Assembly (NCBI GenBank): GCA_018663505.1
Contig: JABJQG010000046.1
Location: 614-64,613, forward strand
Direction of reading: 5' to 3'
Source of the DNA: Pseudobdellovibrionaceae bacterium
Lineage (GTDB): Bacteria > Bdellovibrionota > Bdellovibrionia > Bdellovibrionales > UBA1609
DNA: 64,000 nt
Shown: positions 29,176 through 38,066 of the stretch, one piece after another
Layout of the letters: each line of letters starts with the position of its first letter
How positions within the stretch are numbered: position 1 is the stretch's first letter
Notes under the pieces: generated by a model
Databases searched by the model: none
What the model was told of the DNA's origin: nothing
What the model saw: the letters and a program-made list of their open reading frames with translations, nothing else
Translations under genes and position numbers: made by a program

Positions 29176-29318
29176 GTTTTTCATAAGAGGCTTCTGTGGC
29201 AGGCAAAACCTCTACCCCAAAAAGGCTCAGACATGCAGTGCTCGGCCTTCAGCCTCCGCGCTGAACTCGCTTTTTGTGCCAGAGGTTTTGCCTGCCACAG
29301 AAGCCTCTTATGAAAAAC
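29176..29318. repeat. palindromic element copy 1: 38-bp perfect arms around a 67-nt GC-rich core
   Basis: 29176-29213 is the exact reverse complement of 29281-29318. The reverse complement of core 29214-29280 aligns with core 57964-58024. Confidence 0.85.
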
Positions 29319-29343
29319 TATGAGGTATTTGGGAACTTTAAGT

Positions 29344-30042
29344 ATGAATATTTTAGTGGTTAGTCCTTTGAAGAAGGAGCTTAAAATTGTTATGCAGACT
29401 CTTGGTTTGTTTGATGAATTGATATATAGGTGTCTTTCTAATGGTTGCCCTGTGTGGGAACATCCTGGTAAGAAAATTGTTTTTACTTATCTTGGGGTGG
29501 GACAAAGTGAATTTCAGAAAAATTTCAAAAACATGTTAGGTACATTGGAATCTTTGGAGCAAGTTATTTGTGTTGGGAGCTGTGGAGCCTTAAATAATGA
29601 GACTCAGCTGGCTGAGGTTTTTACTTTTGGTCATAAAGCTATCTCTGAAACTAATTATGTAAGTGTTGAAGAACAAAAGGATACCGTCACCTCCGACTCT
29701 TCGCCCACCTCTAAATCTCTTTTTAGTCTTAATTCAAATGAACCTGGGCCTGAAAAATCGGCAGCGGGAAGTGTTAAGCTTGCCAAGAGCTATGTCCGGT
29801 CAGATGTGGGGCCTATAGAAGAGAGTGAAAGGATTGCTCTTTTGGCTGAAGGTTATGTGTGTGTCACTCAAGAGGGATTTCTAGGGGAGGGATACGCAGG
29901 AGGGGTGGCTTTGCTTGAGATTCGTGGTGTAACTGATTACTCTGACTCTGCTTTCCAGGCTGACTTTCATCTTAATTTGGAGCAGGCCTTGATGAGCTGC
30001 GCCAAGGTGCTTGGCCAAATATTAAAAATACATATAGACTAA
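29344..30042 (+). CDS. nucleoside phosphorylase superfamily protein (MTA/SAH nucleosidase or futalosine hydrolase-like) with a low-complexity insertion
   Basis: MNILVVSPLKKELKIV..., VICVGSCGALN and LLEIRGVTDYSD resemble PNP_UDP_1 motifs. There is a Ser/Thr/Pro-rich insert at about aa 110-150. The alternative ATG at 29320 abuts the hairpin arm. Confidence 0.5.
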   Translation: MNILVVSPLKKELKIVMQTLGLFDELIYRCLSNGCPVWEHPGKKIVFTYLGVGQSEFQKNFKNMLGTLESLEQVICVGSCGALNNETQLAEVFTFGHKAISETNYVSVEEQKDTVTSDSSPTSKSLFSLNSNEPGPEKSAAGSVKLAKSYVRSDVGPIEESERIALLAEGYVCVTQEGFLGEGYAGGVALLEIRGVTDYSDSAFQADFHLNLEQALMSCAKVLGQILKIHID

Positions 30043-30045
30043 GTC

Positions 30046-30057
30046 TGATTTAGATCA
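30046..30057. promoter_or_regulatory. Crp/Fnr-type palindrome candidate TGAT-N4-ATCA
   Basis: cTGATTTAGATCAt lies about 120 nt upstream of the CBS gene ATG. A TATAAT hexamer is at 30097-30102. Confidence 0.3.
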
Positions 30058-30176
30058 TGTTTTAGTTTCTCTCCTGTCATATCATTTTATTCAGGATATA
30101 ATAGAGTAAAAGCATAGAAAAACATAGGCTTAGATCATAAACAAAAGGCGATTAGTCAGTAAAAAAGGAGAAAATA

Positions 30177-30578
30177 ATGGACTATAAAAAAGTACCCGTT
30201 GATGATTACTCGAGTCCGATTATTGAGGCAGCAACTGAAGAAATGGTTGTTTCTGATATCGGTGCATTCTTTAAAAATAAGGGCTACAGACATATGCCTG
30301 TGATTCGAGACGGAAGACCTGTGGGCATGATTAGTGACAGAGATGTGGCATTACTTGCATGTTTCTCTGGTAAGGAGCAGCTAACAGCTAAAGAGATTAT
30401 GGTAAGTGATCCATATTGTGTAGAAGTAGGAACATCATTGCATGAGGTTTGCTTAGAGATGAGCAATAGTAAAATTGGCTCGGCTCTTATTGTTGATGAA
30501 AATGGAAAATTAGACAGCATTTTTACTAGTATCGATGGTTTGAATGCACTTGTTGAAGTATTGCGAGGAGACATATAG
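30177..30578 (+). CDS. CBS-domain pair protein
   Basis: 133 aa with two CBS-like units (HMPVIRDGRPVGMISDRDV; GSALIVDENGKLDSIFTSIDGL). AAGGAG RBS. Confidence 0.8.
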   Translation: MDYKKVPVDDYSSPIIEAATEEMVVSDIGAFFKNKGYRHMPVIRDGRPVGMISDRDVALLACFSGKEQLTAKEIMVSDPYCVEVGTSLHEVCLEMSNSKIGSALIVDENGKLDSIFTSIDGLNALVEVLRGDI

Positions 30579-30584
30579 CAGTAG

Positions 30585-30612
30585 CCCATCAATTCATGGG
30601 TGAATTGATGGG
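30585..30612 (+). other. perfect 12-bp stem-loop between the CBS gene and hpf
   Basis: CCCATCAATTCA-TGGG-TGAATTGATGGG is followed by AAAAA rather than a T-run, so it is not a canonical terminator on the plus strand. Confidence 0.4.
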
Positions 30613-30642
30613 AAAAACTAACAAAACCTAAGGAGGTATATA

Positions 30643-30942
30643 ATGAACTTAACTATATCATTTAGACATATGGACTCTACTCCATCACTTGAAGAGAAAA
30701 TTAAAGACAAAGCTGGACATCTAAAAAAGTATTTTAAGGGGAAAGTTGATATTGAGTGGGTTTGCTCAGTGGAGGGAGAGGGGCACTTAAGTAAAATTGC
30801 TGTACATGCTGGAAAAAATTACTTTCATGCTGAGGCGGCAGATGAAAATTTATACAAAACTTTTGACCAAGCCTTGTCCAAGGTGGAACGGCAAATACGT
30901 AAAAAACATGCTCAGTTAAAAGATCACTTACACAGTGCTTAA
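30643..30942 (+). CDS. hpf: ribosome hibernation promoting factor (short HPF/RaiA family)
   Basis: MNLTISFRHMDSTPSLEEKIKDKAGHLKKYF... is typical of the S30AE/sigma-54 modulation protein family. AAGGAGG RBS. Confidence 0.85.
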   Translation: MNLTISFRHMDSTPSLEEKIKDKAGHLKKYFKGKVDIEWVCSVEGEGHLSKIAVHAGKNYFHAEAADENLYKTFDQALSKVERQIRKKHAQLKDHLHSA

Positions 30943-30949
30943 TAACATT

Positions 30950-30963
30950 CTGATAATTATCAG
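30950..30963. promoter_or_regulatory. 14-bp perfect palindrome CTGATAATTATCAG (Crp/Fnr-type half-sites, or a weak hpf terminator)
   Basis: TGAT-N4-ATCA core followed by TTTTT. It lies 16 nt upstream of the Crp/Fnr gene ATG. Confidence 0.35.
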
Positions 30964-30978
30964 TTTTTGTAGGAAATT

Positions 30979-31746
30979 ATGAATTTATATGATAGCGTGA
31001 GGCATTCTGAACTGGAGGATGCCTCATTGACAAACCGCGATTTAGACACTTATAGATCCTGTAAGACTTGTCCTACATGCAGTAACTCTATTTTTAGGGA
31101 CACAGGTGACAGCTTTCAGCTGGAGCTTCAGGGAAATAAAACACCACAAGCTTTTAAAAAAGGGCAAACGTTATTTGTAGAAGGTGGCCCCTCTTTTGGA
31201 ATGTACTGCATTGGTGAGGGAAATATTAAAGTTTCTAAACTAAGTCCAGATGGAAAAGAATCTATTGTTAGAATAGCCTCTCAAGGCAGTCTGCTTGGTC
31301 ACCGTAGTGTATTTGCTAACGAACCTTATATGGCTTCTGCAATTTCCATAGCTGACTCTAAGGTTTGTTTTTTAGACAAGGAGCATGTTTTAGATATGGT
31401 TGAGAAGCAACCAGGGGTTGCTTTGCGTATTTTAAAAGTTATTGCTAAGGATCTTGGAGTCTCAGAAAATAAGTTAGCTGATTTTTCGCAAAAAAATGTG
31501 AGAGAACGTGTGGCAGGACTCTTGATTTATCTTTCGCAAAATTTTGGAAATCAAACAGATGATGGCTTGCGACTAGAAATTAAGTTAACTCGTGATGAAA
31601 TGGCATCTATTGTTGGTACGGCCACAGAAACTCTTATCCGATTTTTATCAGAATTTAAAGAAGAAGGCCTTATCGTTCAAGATAAAAAGATCATCATTAT
31701 AAAAAATATGGCACAATTGGAGACTTACAGTCAGGGTGAAGTTTAA
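30979..31746 (+). CDS. Crp/Fnr-family transcription regulator with an N-terminal Cys cluster
   Basis: cNMP-binding-like domain (LFVEGGPSFGMYCIGEGNIKV) and a C-terminal HTH (TRDEMASIVGTATETLIRFLSEFKEEGLI). N-terminal CKTCPTC. Confidence 0.85.
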   Translation: MNLYDSVRHSELEDASLTNRDLDTYRSCKTCPTCSNSIFRDTGDSFQLELQGNKTPQAFKKGQTLFVEGGPSFGMYCIGEGNIKVSKLSPDGKESIVRIASQGSLLGHRSVFANEPYMASAISIADSKVCFLDKEHVLDMVEKQPGVALRILKVIAKDLGVSENKLADFSQKNVRERVAGLLIYLSQNFGNQTDDGLRLEIKLTRDEMASIVGTATETLIRFLSEFKEEGLIVQDKKIIIIKNMAQLETYSQGEV

Positions 31747-31752
31747 TCTTTT

Positions 31753-32316
31753 TTACCATGCGCCCCAGTCTTGTTTTCCAGAGATGTAGTTTGAAGGACA
31801 AATGAACTTAAAAAGTTTGGCTATGGTTCTGGCCTTTTGATACTCCTCTTTGCTCTTTTCTTTTAACTTTTTGAGATCACCGCTAAACAGATCTTCAAAT
31901 ACATCTTCAGCAGCTTTTATTCTATCCTCTTCATTTTTAAATAAAGACCTCAGAGCCGACAGTTCTCCGGCATCTAGCCAAAATCCTCCACAAGTGGGAC
32001 ATTCATCAATTTCCACATGTTTTTTTACACTAAAAAAATGACGATAGAGCACTATGTCTTCGCACTTTGGGCACTTGTGTCGTTTATCCATATCTGGAGA
32101 AGCGTTAGCCTGTGCGATGATGTCTAAAATTTCAGACCCTGTTGCTTCATGGGGCTCGTCAAATTTTTTCAACTCCATCCAATCAAACCATAAACCGCCA
32201 CATCCTTTGTCGCACACATCAATATCAATACCATCAAATGTTTTTTCACTGAGTTTGGAATCACAAGCTGGACAAATCATGAGTTGCTCCTTGAGTTTTT
32301 CTTTATATGTTAGCAT
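31753..32316 (-). CDS. double zinc-ribbon (zf-TFIIB-like) protein
   Basis: Two units: CPACDSKL...CDKGCGGLWFDWMELKKF and CPKCEDIV...CPTCGGFWLDAGEL. Confidence 0.65.
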   Translation of the reverse strand: MLTYKEKLKEQLMICPACDSKLSEKTFDGIDIDVCDKGCGGLWFDWMELKKFDEPHEATGSEILDIIAQANASPDMDKRHKCPKCEDIVLYRHFFSVKKHVEIDECPTCGGFWLDAGELSALRSLFKNEEDRIKAAEDVFEDLFSGDLKKLKEKSKEEYQKARTIAKLFKFICPSNYISGKQDWGAW

Positions 32317-32355
32317 AATTTATAACAAGTTCCATTTCTTTTCAAAGGGGATTCG

Positions 32356-34512
32356 TTGAAAGGTTTAAATCGTAGATTAGGTCTAGGTGCAGTTATAGCC
32401 ATTAGTATGAGTGCTATGCTTGGCAGTGGTATTTTTGTTTTACCTGGAATTGTTGTGGGACAAACAGGGCCGGGATTATGGGTCACATACCTTTTGTCTG
32501 CACTGTGTGTATTACCTGCTGCTCTTTCAAAATCAGAATTAGCAACGGCTATGCCTTCTTCAGGGGGCACCTATGTTTATCTAGATCGAACATTTGGCCC
32601 ATTAGTAGGAACAGTAGCTGGTCTTGGTTTGTTTCTATCTCTCCTGTTAAAAAGTGCTTTTGCTTTAGTAGGGTTTGGTGCTTATTTTTATGTTCTTGCA
32701 CAAGTGCCGTTGTTACCCCTCTCATTAGGGCTCTTAGGCCTAATTGTTTTTCTAAATATCCTTGGAGTGGGGAAGGTAAGTAGCGCATTAGTGGCAGTAG
32801 TCATGATATCCACAGTGAGTATGCTGGCATTAAGTACGGCTTCATTATTTACACTTGATGTTGCCAACATAACGCCCTTGTTTCCAGAAGGCTTAACTGG
32901 GGTGTTTGCAAGTTCAGCCACAGTTTTTGTAGCTTTTGCTGGTGTAACTAAAGTAGCTGCTATTGCCGAAGAAATCAGAATGCCAGAAAAAAACTTACCA
33001 CGAGGAATTCTTATTTCCCTACTGTTGGTTACTTTGATTTATGTAATTGTTAGTTTTGTTTTAACGGCAAATATTCCTTATACAGAACTTCAGGGGAGTT
33101 TAAAGCCTATACATATGTTGGCAGAAAAAGTAGGCGGGCATTATTTAGGAATTATTCTGTCTGTGATTGCTGTTCTCACAATGGTATCTATGGCAAATGC
33201 AGGAATACTAGCGGCCTCAAGGTTTCCATTTGCCATGAGTAGAGATAACTTATTACCAGCCCAGTTTGGCCAAATTAGTTCAAAATATATGACCCCAGTA
33301 TGGAGTATTCTTCTTTCAGGGATAATTGTATTCGTGATTATTATAAAATTGGATGTGGCCAAAATAGCTAAGTTAGCTTCTTCTTTTATGATTATGATTT
33401 ATATGGCAGAAAATATTGCTGTGGTTATTTTAAGAGAAACTCGAACGCAGTGGTATAAGCCAGCATATAGATCTTGGTTGTATCCTTGGATGCAAATTTT
33501 TGGTATTGTTAGTGGCTTTTTGTTACTTACAACCATGGGCGGTGTGGTTGTAACTTCTTTATTCTCTATTGCGGTACCAGGGGTAGTACTTTATATGTTT
33601 TACTCTCGCAAACGCACTGATAGAAAAGGGGTCATTGGAATAAAAGGTGTTCGAAGAGACTTAGTTGAGGCCCCGTTAATAGAAAGTAGAGACGAACTGC
33701 GCTTAGAAGCTATCGATTTTTCTCGAGATTCACCTGTGGTGGTGGCGATGTTTGGGAAGGAGAGGTCCCCTGAAATGTTAGTTGAGCTAGGGGTTGCTTT
33801 TTGTAAAGGAGAAGTGATCGAGGTGGCTCATTTGACTGAGGTGCCCGAACAAACAAGTTTAAATGATTTTTGGCGAGAACCTGCTGTGGTAAAATCTTTA
33901 CGGCGAAGAATGCAAGCATTGGGTAAATACAGATCTGTGGGCATAAAGTTTGACCCAGTGGTTTCTCATGATATTTATAAAACAGTGTTTGAAATTAGTC
34001 AGAGATTGCACTGCCGCTGGTTAATTACAGAGTGGGGTGGGCATACTCGATTTGCTTTTACAATACATAACCCTATGGGCTGGTTAAAAAACCACCTATC
34101 TTGTCATCATGCGGTTTTTAATGACAAGGGAGTGCGTTATATTCGTAAAATTATGGTTGTGATTCAGTTTTCAGATAATGACACTCTTGCCGTGGATACA
34201 GCTGACCATTTAGCAAAAGTTTATGGTGCAGATTTATGTTTAGTTGCAGTTAACAACTCTGGTGAGGACGAATCTGTATTTAAGGATGACCTGGAGAGTT
34301 TAAAAAGCAAATGCACGATTTGTGATTCGAAGCCATCATTTTTAATTCTTACAGGGAAGAGTAAAATGGATCCAATTATAGAAGCCACAGCAGATTATGA
34401 TCTAGTGGTCATTGGGGGGCTAGCTAAAGAAGACCGCCTAGAGCGTCTATTTGGTAGTGAGCATGATAAACTCATGGCTCAGTCGGCTTGCTCTGTAGTG
34501 AGTGTACTTTAG
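32356..34512 (+). CDS. APC-family amino-acid permease fused to C-terminal Usp-like domains
   Basis: TTG start with an AAGGGGA RBS. N-terminus LGLGAVIAISMSAMLGSGIFVLPG, about 12 TM segments, and a soluble tail of about 270 aa ending in a Usp-like ...DLVVIGG...SVVSVL. Confidence 0.8.
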   Translation: MKGLNRRLGLGAVIAISMSAMLGSGIFVLPGIVVGQTGPGLWVTYLLSALCVLPAALSKSELATAMPSSGGTYVYLDRTFGPLVGTVAGLGLFLSLLLKSAFALVGFGAYFYVLAQVPLLPLSLGLLGLIVFLNILGVGKVSSALVAVVMISTVSMLALSTASLFTLDVANITPLFPEGLTGVFASSATVFVAFAGVTKVAAIAEEIRMPEKNLPRGILISLLLVTLIYVIVSFVLTANIPYTELQGSLKPIHMLAEKVGGHYLGIILSVIAVLTMVSMANAGILAASRFPFAMSRDNLLPAQFGQISSKYMTPVWSILLSGIIVFVIIIKLDVAKIAKLASSFMIMIYMAENIAVVILRETRTQWYKPAYRSWLYPWMQIFGIVSGFLLLTTMGGVVVTSLFSIAVPGVVLYMFYSRKRTDRKGVIGIKGVRRDLVEAPLIESRDELRLEAIDFSRDSPVVVAMFGKERSPEMLVELGVAFCKGEVIEVAHLTEVPEQTSLNDFWREPAVVKSLRRRMQALGKYRSVGIKFDPVVSHDIYKTVFEISQRLHCRWLITEWGGHTRFAFTIHNPMGWLKNHLSCHHAVFNDKGVRYIRKIMVVIQFSDNDTLAVDTADHLAKVYGADLCLVAVNNSGEDESVFKDDLESLKSKCTICDSKPSFLILTGKSKMDPIIEATADYDLVVIGGLAKEDRLERLFGSEHDKLMAQSACSVVSVL

Positions 34513-34537
34513 TATTTGTTTTGGTAAATAAATCGAA

Positions 34538-35641
34538 TTATTCAAAATAATTGGCATAACCTTCTTTTTGTAAATCTGCTTTGCTAATGAACCTCAGCGA
34601 GGCCGAGTTGATGCAATACCTTAAGCCTGTGGGTTTAGGGCCGTCTTTAAAAACATGTCCCAAGTGAGAATTGCCAAACTTGGATCTTACTTCTGTGCGA
34701 GAAGTAAAGAAATGGTTGTCTTCTTTTTCTACAATATATTTATTTTCAATTGGTTTTGAAAACGAGGGCCAACCTGATTTTGATTCAAATTTATCTTTTG
34801 AACTAAATAGCGGTTCTCCAGAAACAATATCTACATAGATGCCCTCTTCTTTGTTGCTCCAGTATTTATTTTTAAAAGGGGGCTCTGTGTCTTCATTCTG
34901 AGTCACTTTAAACTGTAATGGAGTTAGTTTTGATTTAATTATGTTCATGCTAGGTCTTGTGTAGCTTCTTTTGGAGTCTTTGGATTGAGACATTAACTTT
35001 GCTGACTTAGATTTATTGATGTTATTCATAAAATTTAAATTCTTGTTTTTCCAATGTGTTCTAATAAAGTCGTCACGCCCAGATGCATTTCTGTAGTATT
35101 TATACTTTGTTTTAGTATAGAGATTTTTTTTGTAATAATCTTGATGATATTCCTCTGCAGGATAAAAAGTAGAGGAGGCTCTTATTAATGTGACGATGGG
35201 ACTTTTGAAGAATTTTTGTTGAGTTATGTATTGTTTAGATTTCTCAGCCAGTATTTTTTCAGATTTGTTTTGGTAAAATATTGCTGTTGAATATTGGTGG
35301 CCACGATCTACAAACTGTCCTCCCTTATCTGTGGGGTCGATATTAAGCCAAAAGACTTTTAATAATTTTTCGTAAGATATTATTTTTGGATTATAAGTTA
35401 TCTGAACACTTTCTATGTGTTTTGTTTTACCAGCAGAAACTTGTTCGTAACTAGGGTTTTTAATTATTCCGCCAGTATATCCAGAAACAGCAGAGCTGAC
35501 TCCTTTAAGCTTTTCAAAGGGAGGCTCCATACACCAAAAGCATCCCCCAGCAAAAGTTGCAGTTTTCAGATTTGTGGCAATGAGGTATTGTGAAAAACTT
35601 ATTACAAAGCTGACTGAAAGAAGTTTAAAAAATAAGGCCAT
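34538..35641 (-). CDS. msrAB: bifunctional methionine sulfoxide reductase MsrA-MsrB, with signal peptide
   Basis: MsrA motif [16 protein letters not shown]. MsrB motifs SGWPSF and [13 protein letters not shown]. Confidence 0.9.
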   Translation of the reverse strand: MALFFKLLSVSFVISFSQYLIATNLKTATFAGGCFWCMEPPFEKLKGVSSAVSGYTGGIIKNPSYEQVSAGKTKHIESVQITYNPKIISYEKLLKVFWLNIDPTDKGGQFVDRGHQYSTAIFYQNKSEKILAEKSKQYITQQKFFKSPIVTLIRASSTFYPAEEYHQDYYKKNLYTKTKYKYYRNASGRDDFIRTHWKNKNLNFMNNINKSKSAKLMSQSKDSKRSYTRPSMNIIKSKLTPLQFKVTQNEDTEPPFKNKYWSNKEEGIYVDIVSGEPLFSSKDKFESKSGWPSFSKPIENKYIVEKEDNHFFTSRTEVRSKFGNSHLGHVFKDGPKPTGLRYCINSASLRFISKADLQKEGYANYFE

Positions 35642-35892
35642 TAACCCTCCTGGGTAGTTATTTTCTGTTTTACTCTAAATTAGCTATGATGACAGACTAT
35701 GCTTCAGATTTATTCTTGCAGAAAAAGAGTATGGAGTAAAGTGTAGCCTGTAACCTGGCTCTAACCTTAGTGGTTTTGAGTTATTTAACAAATATTACTA
35801 TGGTCATAGTTGTTTTATTGGTTTAAGAGCTATTTTAAATCATTGAATAATTAAAGTTATTGAACTAAGTTGGCTCCATACAAGGGGGGCTT

Positions 35893-37173
35893 GTGAAGCA
35901 ATATCTATTTGGAACATTAATATTTTTTATATCCGTGGTGTCTTATGCACAAAATATGCAACCTATGTTTGATTCTGCACATTCAATTGCTTTGGATGGC
36001 TTTGTAGAAAACGGGAAGATTTTAGTTAATAGCCCTTCACCTTTTACAGCTGAAAAAAGAATTCAAGAACAAATGAAGTACACCATTGGGCAACTTAACG
36101 GTGTTTCCTCTGTGGCGGATTTAAATCGACTAGAGATTAATATTTTAGATATTATCCCCACGCAGAATAACAAGTATAGTGTTAGCTATGAAGCTCATTT
36201 ATTTATAGCATGGCCTAGAAATTTAAATATTCCAGAAGAGTTTCAGTTGATATTACCTGAGTCCACAGAAAATCAAGCTCTATATGATTTTTATGAGCAA
36301 TATGTAGATGAGAAATGCCAAAGCTCTGGAGCTCATGATTTATCAGTGGGAATATTCTGGTATTACTACCGTCCCAATAACCAGGATTGTCAGTTAGGGA
36401 CAGAAGATCAGCCAGCTTTTGCAGTGAAGTTTTCAATGCAACTTTCGGTGAGTGAAGAAAACACCCAAGGAAAATACCCTGAGTACCATAAAGTTTGGGA
36501 GGATGGTCGCTTGGTAATCACGGCAATTTTTGGAATGGCCGACTCGGAGAACACTTCCACCTATGATGCCGGAGTTTACGCTTTTCAACAAATGTACCAT
36601 GATGTAATACGCTATTACGGAGAACTTATAAGTACTTCATTGCCCCCAGGTACTCATGTTGGTTTAGCAACACCTGAAATTCGATTAGTTCTTAAATCAG
36701 AGAGCGGACCAGTTGAGGTGAATTTATTTTTGGTTGAAGGCATTCGCTTTCCTTATAATGGATTTCGTCAAAAATATAATAAATTAACTAAGTACTCTGA
36801 TTTTATCTCTTATGCAGGGCACTCTGGCCTAGGGGCAAATATTCGTGCCTTAGCTCGTATGGGTAAATTTGTAAAAGATCAGTATCAAATATTTTTAATT
36901 AATGGATGTGATACTTTTGCATATACAGATCATGCCTTAAGAGATGCTCATGTTGAAGTGAATCCACTGGCAGATTCACCCTATAGATATATAGATCTGA
37001 TAACCAACGCTATGCCTGCTTTCTTTCATAGTAATGTACGAGCAGTCATGGCTGTAGTACGTGGTTTAACTGAAAAAAGAAAAACGTACAGAGAGATACT
37101 GAGTGATTTTGATAGTTACCAAAAAGCTTCAGTTGTTGGAGAACACGACAACCGCTGGCCAGAACCCTTTTAG
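35893..37173 (+). CDS. hypothetical secreted protein (possible clan-CD-like His/Cys dyad)
   Basis: GTG start after AAGGGGGG, with a signal peptide. Segment FISYAGHSG...(29 aa)...IFLINGCDTF. Confidence 0.65.
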   Translation: MKQYLFGTLIFFISVVSYAQNMQPMFDSAHSIALDGFVENGKILVNSPSPFTAEKRIQEQMKYTIGQLNGVSSVADLNRLEINILDIIPTQNNKYSVSYEAHLFIAWPRNLNIPEEFQLILPESTENQALYDFYEQYVDEKCQSSGAHDLSVGIFWYYYRPNNQDCQLGTEDQPAFAVKFSMQLSVSEENTQGKYPEYHKVWEDGRLVITAIFGMADSENTSTYDAGVYAFQQMYHDVIRYYGELISTSLPPGTHVGLATPEIRLVLKSESGPVEVNLFLVEGIRFPYNGFRQKYNKLTKYSDFISYAGHSGLGANIRALARMGKFVKDQYQIFLINGCDTFAYTDHALRDAHVEVNPLADSPYRYIDLITNAMPAFFHSNVRAVMAVVRGLTEKRKTYREILSDFDSYQKASVVGEHDNRWPEPF

Positions 37174-37332
37174 TTGAAGTACTAATGCAAAATGATAAAA
37201 TGACTTGTATATCACGAATAAACGGTGCCTAAACAACTTGAAGTTGCTTCCTCTGTGGGGTGGTACTAGTTCCCACTGATATTGAGATTTTCAATGCCCG
37301 TTATGTTTAAAGTTAAGAAAAGGGTTTATTAT

Positions 37333-37836
37333 TTATTTTATTAATAAGCTGTCATCACTTTGTTGGCTGTAGCCCATATAAACTCGGTAAAAATACTTTC
37401 CATCTTCTTTTAAATAATCTCTGCGCTCTACAAGGGATTTAGTTTGGGGAGTTTGTTCGGAGTAAAAATAGGAAACGCTTTTGAGTGTGTCTTCATATAT
37501 TTTTGAGTGTTCGGTGATGTTAAGTTTTAATGCTGGCAGCTCGTAACGATTACCAATGATAATTTTTTGAATTTCGGCAACAACTTTGATAGACCTAACG
37601 GCATCATTATATATAATGGCAGGTTCTTTCTGGCCTATATTGTATCTGTATTGAATAATACTGCCATTATAATATGTGTACTTAAAATCAAAGTTCTTAC
37701 ATTGTTCTTGCGTAACCTTAAGATTGATGATTTCATTGTCTAAGCTCATTCGGTAGTCACCACTAAGTTCAGGGCAATCATTGGCTGAAACTGATACTGA
37801 AATTAATACTAAGGTAATTAAGAATATATTTTTCAT
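37333..37836 (-). CDS. small hypothetical secreted protein
   Basis: 167 aa with signal peptide MKNIFLITLVLISVSVSA. Confidence 0.6.
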   Translation of the reverse strand: MKNIFLITLVLISVSVSANDCPELSGDYRMSLDNEIINLKVTQEQCKNFDFKYTYYNGSIIQYRYNIGQKEPAIIYNDAVRSIKVVAEIQKIIIGNRYELPALKLNITEHSKIYEDTLKSVSYFYSEQTPQTKSLVERRDYLKEDGKYFYRVYMGYSQQSDDSLLIK

Positions 37837-38066
37837 TAGGTCCTCCAGGTAGTTAAGAATATGTTAGTGCTTTACACCTATTGTTCAATTGAAAAATATG
37901 AAATGCTTGGCTGCGTAACTGTATCTGTCAAAACCATAAAAAATGTAAGACATTTAAAGTTATTAATATGGAATATTTTTCTCTTGTATCTTAGATTTAT
38001 TCAAAGATATGATTTTATCAGTATATTTTGTTTTGTTTGATTCAAATAAAATTATGGGGTGTTCAC

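Noticed and set aside
32310-32921. Short ORFs (77-101 aa) on both strands overlapping the start of the APC permease gene
   Set aside because: They lie entirely within or antisense to a well-supported transporter gene, have no RBS or recognisable motifs, and have odd composition. They are typical spurious ORFs.
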